Origin: a cyanobacterium endosymbiont of Braarudosphaera bigelowii
GTDB lineage: Bacteria; Cyanobacteriota; Cyanobacteriia; Cyanobacteriales; Microcystaceae
Direction of reading: 5' to 3'
NCBI RefSeq assembly: GCF_020885515.1
Contig: NZ_AP024987.1
Span: 630,001-662,000, forward strand
Length of the DNA: 32,000 nucleotides
Shown here piece after piece: positions 19,408-28,190 of the stretch. Under the pieces are notes generated by a model. It did not search any database. It saw only the letters and a list, made by a program, of their open reading frames with translations, and was not told where the DNA came from. The translations under genes and the position numbers were made by a program. How positions within the stretch are numbered: position 1 is the first letter of the stretch; every line of letters begins with the position of its first letter.

Positions 19408-20331
19408 CTAATTACCCCGATGATTATTGTCGAAATGGATTCTTGTACCTGCCCACTGTAATTTATCTCTGAGAGTTTGATAAAAAGAATAATTTTCTCT
19501 TAGTACAATGAATTTTGCCATGAAATTTGCCATCCTAACTGAGATCCATTGCCCTGGCCAAATTGAAGTAGCTAAAGAAGCATCAGTCCATAATTTAGTA
19601 TGTAACTCATAATCTTCTAAAGGCCATATATCTACTACTGAACCAGGAGGAATAATTATGGGACGACTCGATAAGCTCAAAGGACAAATAGGAGTAACTG
19701 CAATAGCATCAATTCCAGGATGAATAATTGGCCCGTTAGCTGAGGCTGTATAACATGTAGATCCAGTTGGTGTAGCTACTAATAAACCATCTCCTTGATA
19801 TTGATCTACAATTTCTCCATCTACCTCTAGCTCTAGAATAGCAGTAGGCATTCTATCGATACTTGCAGGTTTAACACACATTTCATTAAGACAGTAAAAG
19901 CGCTCACTACTAATTTTAGGAGCATAACGATCACCTTTAAAAATTCGCGCTTCTAACATCATGCGCTGTAACATTGCATAGCGATCATTTTGGAGACGAT
20001 GCCAAACTTGCTCTGTATTCTTAAACAATTCAAAAGGTTCAGTTAAGAATCCTAAATTTCCACCTATGTTTATTGCTAATATAGGAATACCTTCTGGAGC
20101 TAATTGTCTTGCAGCAGCCAAAACTGTACCATCTCCACCTAATATAATAGCAAGGTCAATTTTTTCCGAAACAGAGGAAAGGAATACTGGGTAAGGATTA
20201 TCTTTATAACCACTCGGGCCCATCAAAACCTTACACTTAAGAGCTTCTAATTGCTTGGCGCAGGTTTGGGCCCAAGTTCTGCTATGAGTATCTCCTGCTT
20301 TATGAGCAATAATAACTTGTTTAAGTTCCAC
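19408..20331 (-). CDS. nadK: NAD(+) kinase
   Basis: Motifs GGDGTVLAAAR, CLNEMC and GDGLLVATPTGSTCYTASANGPI are present. A GTG start giving VELKQVIIAHKAG matches the usual cyanobacterial N-terminus. The track's TTG start at 20400 adds 23 AT-rich codons. Confidence 0.9.
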   Translation of the reverse strand: MELKQVIIAHKAGDTHSRTWAQTCAKQLEALKCKVLMGPSGYKDNPYPVFLSSVSEKIDLAIILGGDGTVLAAARQLAPEGIPILAINIGGNLGFLTEPFELFKNTEQVWHRLQNDRYAMLQRMMLEARIFKGDRYAPKISSERFYCLNEMCVKPASIDRMPTAILELEVDGEIVDQYQGDGLLVATPTGSTCYTASANGPIIHPGIDAIAVTPICPLSLSSRPIIIPPGSVVDIWPLEDYELHTKLWTDASLATSIWPGQWISVRMANFMAKFIVLRENYSFYQTLRDKLQWAGTRIHFDNNHRGN

Positions 20332-20921
20332 TTCTATACACTTAGTAATAATCTTACTTAAATAATTAAGCTTAACTTCAATATTAAAGTAGAGTTGCAA
20401 GAAAATTCATAATATCCTACTTAAGATTTAAAAGAAAGATTTTTCAAAAAAAACTGAAAAATTAAAAGCTTACAACATACATATATTTGCATTTAATAAA
20501 GAATGACTTAATACCTCAAAAACTAACATTTTAAAAAATATCTTATGTATGAAGTATATCTTTTACTATCTTGAATAATAATTAATTAATGTACATAATG
20601 ATTATTATCTATAAAAGTCACGTATATCTTTAAACAAAGTATATATAAGAAGAAGGCATAAGATCTAAAAAAGTATTTTTGTTATTAAACAAGAATATTT
20701 CTCTTGACGTTTCATTTTAATAAGTTTGCTATTTATATTCAAGTCTAAAATAGCTATATAGTTTTACTAATATTTTTTAGGAATAAAGAACTTTTTCATA
20801 TAGTTTTAATATAGTAAAACTATCCGAAACAAAGTATTACTTTAAAACAAGTACTTAGTTGAGGATAGCTTAATCTTATTTTAATCCTGATACAAGATTA
20901 TTTAACTAAAACTGAATAGTC

Positions 20922-20957
20922 GACAAGGTATTGATTTTTCTAAATCAATACCTTGTC
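20922..20957 (-). terminator. Perfect 16-bp hairpin immediately downstream of psaD
   Basis: gacaaggtattgattt / aaatcaataccttgtc with the 4-nt loop ttct, beginning 10 nt after the psaC-independent psaD stop. No strong U-tract follows. Confidence 0.5.
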
Positions 20958-20967
20958 ACTAGACTAT

Positions 20968-21396
20968 CTAAACTTCATAAGGGACTTTGCCTGAAAATTT
21001 TAAAGTGACAGGTTCAGGATTAGTTCCAATTTTTCTATCTATTTTACCAGCGTAACTACGTCCTTCTTTTGCTACTTCAGAAGCAACTCCATCAATAGGG
21101 TAAAGAAGCTGAGCATCACCATTAGGATAGACTCGATAAACTTTATAACTCTCGATTATAGGCTCAAATTTTGTTTGCAACTGTTTTCCTAGAGCCAAGC
21201 ATTGTTCTTTTGTTGCAAGATGTAAAAGATTTGCTCCTACATTCATAATTGCTGCTCCACCAGTAGGCATTTCAAAAACCTGTTCTGTTCCACTACTCCA
21301 GGTAATAGCGTATTTTTCTTCAAGGTAAGCACTAGAGAGTAAACCACCTGTACTGCCACCGAAAATAGGAAGTTTTCCTTTAAGCTTTTCTACCAT
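20968..21396 (-). CDS. psaD: Photosystem I subunit II, PsaD
   Basis: 142-aa ORF with the motifs [37 protein letters not shown] and [17 protein letters not shown]. Confidence 0.95.
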   Translation of the reverse strand: MVEKLKGKLPIFGGSTGGLLSSAYLEEKYAITWSSGTEQVFEMPTGGAAIMNVGANLLHLATKEQCLALGKQLQTKFEPIIESYKVYRVYPNGDAQLLYPIDGVASEVAKEGRSYAGKIDRKIGTNPEPVTLKFSGKVPYEV

Positions 21397-21674
21397 GGTA
21401 CTTTGTTCCTCTTAAAAAAGTGTTTTAGGAAATACTATCATTGAGTTATCCCTTATTATTCAAATTAGTAAAAAACTGTAATAAATATTCGTTAATTTTT
21501 ATGTAAAGTAAATTTATAGACATTAAATTTGTGACGTAATGATTATGCTATCAAGTTGAGTAGCACGCAATTTCAAGATATGAAATATTGGATTATTTCT
21601 CAATACTATAAATAAATGATTTTGATAGAATATTTTATTAAAGTAGACTAAGGTTGATACTAATTCTAGTAACT

Positions 21675-21719
21675 CTCAAAAAATCAAATGTTTTTAATTT
21701 ATTTTTAAATTAAAAACAT
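21675..21719 (-). terminator. AU-rich 13-bp hairpin plus U6, a second stem-loop downstream of the L25 gene
   Basis: atgtttttaattt (21688-21700) / aaattaaaaacat (21707-21719) form a perfect stem. On the minus strand it is followed by UUGAUUUUUU. Confidence 0.4.
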
Positions 21720-21768
21720 AAAACAAATAAAGTAAATATTTTAGTATTGATCATACATCTTATAGAGA

Positions 21769-21798
21769 ATTAGAGTCTAATCTAATTTGGACTCTAAT
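21769..21798 (-). terminator. Hairpin 16 nt after the L25 stop
   Basis: attagagtc (21769-21777) / gactctaat (21790-21798) form a 9-bp perfect stem with a 12-nt loop. Confidence 0.4.
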
Positions 21799-21813
21799 CC
21801 TTTGTTGAGATAA

Positions 21814-22116
21814 TTACTCATTTGGAGAAATATGACAGAAGCTAAGATGTACAAGACTTCTTTTCCAAGGATGAGCTTGTATTTCTTTGATTACAGCTTT
21901 ACCTTTCCAGGAAAGATCAGGAATATCGACATCAATAATCGTTTCGTCAACTTTTACACTTCTAAGCATTAATGCAGCTTCTTTCTTATCAACAACTAAT
22001 TGCATTGATTCAGTACCATCATGTCCATACAAAGTTGTAGGAAGTAGTCCTTCACGACGAAGAGCATTAGGCTTAATATTTAGAGGTCTTTTTTGGCATT
22101 GAATTGATAGAGGCAT
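21814..22116 (-). CDS. rplY: 50S ribosomal protein L25 (short form)
   Basis: 100-aa ORF with L25/Ctc N-domain-like sequence (LRREGLLPTTLYGHDG...QLVVDKKE...VIKEIQAHPWKRSLVHLSF). Confidence 0.8.
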   Translation of the reverse strand: MPLSIQCQKRPLNIKPNALRREGLLPTTLYGHDGTESMQLVVDKKEAALMLRSVKVDETIIDVDIPDLSWKGKAVIKEIQAHPWKRSLVHLSFCHISPNE

Positions 22117-22661
22117 AACATTTAACTCACTATATAGTTGACTTGATTTTTATAAACAACGACAGATTCTATCGTCAATAGTAAGAATCTTGAAGTAAAT
22201 ATTCTAAGATTTCTTAATTCTCTTTGTTTTCTTGTGATCTAAGCAAAATTATGTAGATCAAACTAGCAAAATTTAGCTAGATAACATTACTAAAAAGATA
22301 ATGATATACTTAACCATATAATTTATAGATTGGATATATTTTTATATCTTCTCATTCATTAATTATACTTATATTAATAATATCTAAATAGCTTAGTTAA
22401 TCAATTCTGATTAAGCAATAACTAAAATCTATCACAATATTTACAGTGACACTAATATTTATGATGATTTTATACTCTAGTTTTGTAATTTACCTAATAA
22501 TTTTTTACTTTTTTCTATAGTCAATCGAGAAAAATCTCATTATATGCATATCTGTAGTTTTAAAAGAAACTTTTGAAACTAATATTAGGTTTTCCATAAT
22601 AAGTCTTTATATGTTAATCATAAAACCTAAAAGTTATATACTCTATTATGGAATTTCTTTA

Positions 22662-23396
22662 TCAGGCTCTATTTAAGCATAAAGAATTATGGTACGGACA
22701 TTTATCTTTACAGTTTTTATGATGAGTAAAGCTATAACTACTTTGATTAATATCGTATAAGTTATAATTAAGATAACTTACCATTTTTTCTAAATCTAAG
22801 CTAGTTTGCTGGTGTTGACTTTGACTATATTGAAAACTTAAATACTGAGGCTTATATTTATTTTTTATAAACCAATATGTCATTGAAATACTTTCTGGCA
22901 AATAAGTAGATGTTTCTGCTAATAGATATAGGTAGAGTCTAGTTTGCCAATCATTTTCTAATTGTTTCTTGTTATTAGGCTTTAAGTATGTTTTCCAGTC
23001 TAAAATTTGTACTTGATTACTTTCTACGACTAATAAATCATATATAGCCGTTAATAGATAATTATTCTTTTTGAAAGTTATATAATGCTCTGCTTCTGTC
23101 CAGAATTCAGAGTTTAGAATATGTTTCTCAACAATAGACTTAAATAAAATTTTTATCATTTCATTTAAATTTGAGTATTGAGCTAATGCAGAATCAATTG
23201 ATAATCCCATAAAATGTTGCTGCATTAATTGATGAAATTGATTTCCCCAATGTAAACTTTTTTGTGATTCTAGGCTTACGGGAGAATTTAAATGATCTAT
23301 ATAAATTTTTTTAAACTGAGGAGGACAAGTTTCTAGTAAATTTAATTGAGATTGGGATAAACGTATTAATGAATAATCACATTTAGGATAGTACAT
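22662..23396 (-). CDS. PD-(D/E)XK nuclease, Cas4/RecB-like, with a putative 4-Cys cluster
   Basis: 244-aa ORF. It has an N-terminal Cys (LETCPPQF), a nuclease core (IYDLL ... ILDWKTY), QTRLYLYLL (a QxxxY motif) and a C-terminal CKDKCPYHNSLC. Confidence 0.62.
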   Translation of the reverse strand: MYYPKCDYSLIRLSQSQLNLLETCPPQFKKIYIDHLNSPVSLESQKSLHWGNQFHQLMQQHFMGLSIDSALAQYSNLNEMIKILFKSIVEKHILNSEFWTEAEHYITFKKNNYLLTAIYDLLVVESNQVQILDWKTYLKPNNKKQLENDWQTRLYLYLLAETSTYLPESISMTYWFIKNKYKPQYLSFQYSQSQHQQTSLDLEKMVSYLNYNLYDINQSSYSFTHHKNCKDKCPYHNSLCLNRA

Positions 23397-23637
23397 TTTC
23401 TAAATATAGACTTGTTATGAATTGTGTATGAGCTTTAAAAACTACTTTTTTGTGACACATATATGACTAATAATCATTAAAATATTAATTTTTACGATAT
23501 CTGTGTAAAGTACTAATAAGAAAGAAGGAACTCCATTTTAATATAATCTGTCTCTCTTCTAAAGATTAAAGAATTTGATAGTGCAACATCATAGCTCTAT
23601 CTTGCCAGTCTTTAGACATAAATTTATAGCTTACACC

Positions 23638-24834
23638 ATGAATATATCTACCTTACCACTGCGATTGACTGCTATCGTAACTATTGCCTTTAGTAACTGT
23701 ATTTTTTCAAGTTTTCTTGCTGAAGCCTATACATTCAGCGAAACTACTCTTGACCAAGACAAAATTATTGCTGTTGCCAGACCTTATGGTGGAGGAAAGT
23801 ATGATTTGTTAGTGATTGAACAAATACCGGGGAAAAGAAGTTGTTGGAAAGAAAAAGAGGGGAACCCAGTCGTGGTTGATCCTTTATTAATTAATTTTGA
23901 TTTTACTGGCATTTGTCGTCGCTCTACAGATAGCAATGGTTATTCGATACGTCTTGATGGTAATGACTTAGGATTAGATTATTTATTGCGTATTGTTAAT
24001 CGTGGCGGGGAATTACAGCTAGTGGGAAGCCCTAGAAATAGTAATTATAGTGAGATAGTTTTAGGTAGCACTCAAGGATTAACTTCTGGGTTTATGAAAA
24101 TCAATTTATATTCAGGTTGGCAATTTACCAAGCGAACTTATAAAGATAAGGTACTAGGACATTTTTATCTTAGTGGTTCTCAAACGGCAATTGCACAAAG
24201 ACAAAGTACTTCTGTATCATCTGATTTTTCGACTGCATCCATAGTTAACACTAATTCTCAACATAATTTAACAGATATTAGCGGTAATAAATATGAAAAT
24301 GAGATTTCTAAGGCAGTTAACATAGGTTTAATGTCGGGATTTAAAGATGATACTTTTCGCCCAGATCAACCTATTAATCGAGGACAATTGCTTTCCATGG
24401 CAGTCAATGTTGTCAATACTATATCCTCTGAAAATTTTAAAAGTTCTCATCAAGATATAAATAAGATAAAGCAAGCCTATTCAAATTTTTTTAATATAGG
24501 AAATACTAACAATGCGTTGCAAGAAAGTAAATCTATTAATCGTGCAGAATTAATTGATGTTATGCAACGTATAGTTATGCATCTAAAGAAAGAATTAAAT
24601 ATTTCGGGAAATATTCAAAGTATTAATCAGCCTATTCCCTTTTCTGATGTTTCTTATAATTCAACTGAATCTACCATTAAACAAATACCAGGGTACTGCA
24701 ATACGACTAATACTTTAAGCAAAAAAGAAGTTGCCTCCAATTTAGAAAGTAAAGCAACTCGCGACTATACAGCATCTATTTTAGTTAAAGTTTTAAATTG
24801 TCTAAAGTCTGAAATAGAACAAGCAAAAAAATAA
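23638..24834 (+). CDS. Secreted/envelope protein: DUF3747-like N-terminal domain plus degenerate SLH repeats
   Basis: Starting at MNISTLPLRLTAIV gives a signal-like N-terminus. The block RPYGGGKYDLLVIEQIPGKRSCWKE...DPLLINFDFTGICRRSTDSNGYSIRLDG resembles cyanobacterial DUF3747, recalled from memory. An SLH-like segment is ISKAVNIGLMSGFKDDTFRPDQPINRGQLLSM. Confidence 0.6.
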   Translation: MNISTLPLRLTAIVTIAFSNCIFSSFLAEAYTFSETTLDQDKIIAVARPYGGGKYDLLVIEQIPGKRSCWKEKEGNPVVVDPLLINFDFTGICRRSTDSNGYSIRLDGNDLGLDYLLRIVNRGGELQLVGSPRNSNYSEIVLGSTQGLTSGFMKINLYSGWQFTKRTYKDKVLGHFYLSGSQTAIAQRQSTSVSSDFSTASIVNTNSQHNLTDISGNKYENEISKAVNIGLMSGFKDDTFRPDQPINRGQLLSMAVNVVNTISSENFKSSHQDINKIKQAYSNFFNIGNTNNALQESKSINRAELIDVMQRIVMHLKKELNISGNIQSINQPIPFSDVSYNSTESTIKQIPGYCNTTNTLSKKEVASNLESKATRDYTASILVKVLNCLKSEIEQAKK

Positions 24835-24992
24835 TGCAACCTTGATTTTGTTGGAATTATACGATTATAAGGAACTTAAAACTAAAAAATAAAATTATTA
24901 AATATCTAGCCTTCAAAATAATTGCAAGAATCTTATAACTTTTCTAATTTACGATGATAAGCTATCGTTTTATGGAAATTAGAATTAATTTT

Positions 24993-25047
24993 AAAAAATC
25001 CTCAAAGCCTCGATATTAGAGGGCTTCTGAGGTTTTTTATTTTTTTA
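24993..25047 (+). terminator. Intrinsic terminator of the DUF3747/SLH gene
   Basis: Stem cctcaaagcctc / gagggcttctgagg (12 bp with two single-nt bulges) and a 7-nt loop. An A-run lies upstream and T6-A-T7 lies downstream. Confidence 0.7.
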
Positions 25048-25125
25048 GTCAGTTTTTATAATATGATAGTTTTAAAAATATCACATTAAATGTTACTTTT
25101 TCCTATTAAGATGATATAATGTCTA

Positions 25126-25205
25126 GGTGTGTAAGGAGTAAGAGTGACTTGAAAAGGTCCCCGAAGTCGAAACATGGCAAGACGTTCTGGACCTTTTCTT
25201 TTTTT
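25126..25205 (+). ncRNA. Candidate small RNA (Yfr2-family-like), about 80 nt
   Basis: TATAAT at 25115-25120. The 5' sequence is GGUGUGUAAGGAGU. An interrupted 11-bp hairpin spans 25156-25193 with loop GAAACAUGGCAA, followed by UUUUCUUUUUUU. The segment is more G+C-rich than its flanks. No covariance model or expression data were available. Confidence 0.35.
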
Positions 25206-25263
25206 ATATCTTTAACAAAAGCATTTTATAATAAAACTTTTCATATATATTTATACAAGTGTG

Positions 25264-25308
25264 ACCCTTTAAGAATGGAGCTCTTCTTAATTCCTATTCT
25301 CAAAGGGT
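25264..25308 (-). terminator. atpC-proximal hairpin
   Basis: accctttaagaat / attctcaaagggt form a 13-bp stem with one mismatch, ending 34 nt after the atpC stop. No U-tract follows on the minus strand. Confidence 0.4.
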
Positions 25309-25341
25309 TATATATGCATACACAAAGACAGAAAGTCTGAG

Positions 25342-25752
25342 CTAAGATATTCCTCCAGAAGCATTAAAACGTGCTTTTGCACGTTTTAATGCATTGGAAG
25401 CTTTGATCTTTTCCAAATGTTCGTTTCCTTTGTTTACTTCCTCTAATTTAGCTTGAGCAGTATTATACTCTCGTTTTGCTTCTTCTTTATCAATGGTCTC
25501 TCCTACTTCAGCAAAGTTTACTAAGACTTTTACTTCATCTTGTTCTACCTCTGCAAAGCCTCCCATTATTGCTACGTTTTGCCATTCTTTATCAGTCCTA
25601 ATACGCATTACTCCAGTATCAAGAGCAGTTAAGAGAGGCGCATGTCCACTTAAAATGCCTAGCTGTCCTGAAGTACTTGGTAGAACAACTTCTTGAACAG
25701 TGTTGTCCCAAACGGTCTTATCTGGGGTGATTACACGAACTGTTAGTACCAT
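25342..25752 (-). CDS. atpC: F0F1 ATP synthase subunit epsilon (atpE in cyanobacterial/plastid nomenclature)
   Basis: 136-aa ORF with the sequence [14 protein letters not shown]...[23 protein letters not shown]. Confidence 0.95.
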   Translation of the reverse strand: MVLTVRVITPDKTVWDNTVQEVVLPSTSGQLGILSGHAPLLTALDTGVMRIRTDKEWQNVAIMGGFAEVEQDEVKVLVNFAEVGETIDKEEAKREYNTAQAKLEEVNKGNEHLEKIKASNALKRAKARFNASGGIS

Positions 25753-25779
25753 GTTAATTATTAATTATCAGTTATTAGA

Positions 25780-25801
25780 AGGGCGAATAAATATTCACCC
25801 T
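25780..25801 (-). promoter_or_regulatory. Intercistronic hairpin in the 92-nt atpD-atpC spacer
   Basis: agggcgaata / tattcaccct. In the minus-strand transcript this reads AGGGUGAAUA..UAUUCGCCCU, fully paired with one U:G wobble. Confidence 0.4.
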
Positions 25802-25844
25802 GATACAAATTTAGGAAACAGAAGATTAGAAAATAGTTGACTAA

Positions 25845-27299
<1,455 letters not shown>

Positions 27300-27587
27300 T
27301 CATCCTCTTTTGGAATTAGCTTACAAATGACTAAATGAAAATATTTAATGTTATTTTCGTCACTCCTATAGGCTACCATCTTTATAGCACTCAAGGAAAT
27401 GTCTTAGTTCTTGTTGAAAGACTATCTTAATATTAAAATGTTGGAAATGATACTAATATATTAGAGTAGCAACCTATAAAGTATTAGGTATAGATTATAA
27501 ATATAAAAATATAATGTACAACTTATTTATTTTACAAAAGCTTTTTATAATCACATGTTTGTTGGCAAAGTATAAACTCTACCTAAA

Positions 27588-28088
27588 ATGAAAAACAATT
27601 TTGAAAATAACTATGAAATTCACCGTCAATGGATGAGAAGAGCATTAACCTTAGCTGAAAAAGCAGGAAATATAGAAGATGTTCCTGTAGGAGCCATAAT
27701 TACCGACAATCATGGGAACTTAATTGCCGAAGGATATAACCGTAAAAAACAAAATAATGATCCCATAGGACATGCAGAAATTCTTGCTATTCGCCAGGCC
27801 AGTCAAAAATTACAGTCTTGTTATTTAGATAAATGTATACTTTACGTCACACTAGAGCCTTGTATGATGTGTACTGGAGCTATCATACATTCTCGAATAG
27901 GTTTACTAGTTTATGGAATTGATGATCCTAAGGCAGGAACTGTCCGTACAATTCTGAATTTACCTGATAGCGATGCTTCAAACCATCGTTTACCTGTACT
28001 TTCCGGTATTTTAAAGGAGGAATGTCAAAAGCAATTACAGAACTGGTTTAAAACAGTAAGAGATAAGAAAACAATCAATGGAAAATAA
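27588..28088 (+). CDS. tadA: tRNA adenosine(34) deaminase
   Basis: 166-aa ORF with the CDA-fold zinc motifs HAEILAIR and PCMMCTGAI. Confidence 0.9.
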   Translation: MKNNFENNYEIHRQWMRRALTLAEKAGNIEDVPVGAIITDNHGNLIAEGYNRKKQNNDPIGHAEILAIRQASQKLQSCYLDKCILYVTLEPCMMCTGAIIHSRIGLLVYGIDDPKAGTVRTILNLPDSDASNHRLPVLSGILKEECQKQLQNWFKTVRDKKTINGK

Positions 28089-28190
28089 TGCTAAATTGCT
28101 GCAATCTTTAATAATATAAAAGGCTAAGAACAAGCTATGTGAAAAGACTATGATTATAATAGCCGATATATAAATCCTAACTATTCTATT

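Noticed and set aside
22440-22520. 19-codon hydrophobic mini-ORF (MMILYSSFVIYLIIFYFFL) and other ORFs of 20 codons or fewer in the long spacers
   Set aside because: The hydrophobic, Phe/Ile/Leu/Tyr-rich translation is what T-rich DNA yields by chance. There is no RBS and no resemblance to known small PSI, b6f or ribosomal peptides.
25100-25212. Yfr1 itself encoded on the minus strand (the minus strand contains ACUCCUUACACAC, similar to the Yfr1 motif ACUCCUCACAC)
   Set aside because: Yfr1 needs the motif flanked by a 5' stem-loop and a 3' terminator hairpin with a U-tail. On the minus strand the sequence after the motif forms only a 4-bp CCUA/UAGG pairing followed by an A-run, so no terminator exists. 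The plus-strand reading has both a promoter-like -10 element and a proper terminator.
25119-25340. 73-aa ORF (MSRCVRSKSDLKRSPKSKHGK...) from the six-frame track
   Set aside because: It reads through a terminator hairpin and a long T-run, which produces the FSFFISL segment. It has no recognisable family or convincing RBS spacing and lies between the end structures of two other genes. An sRNA or terminator region explains it better.
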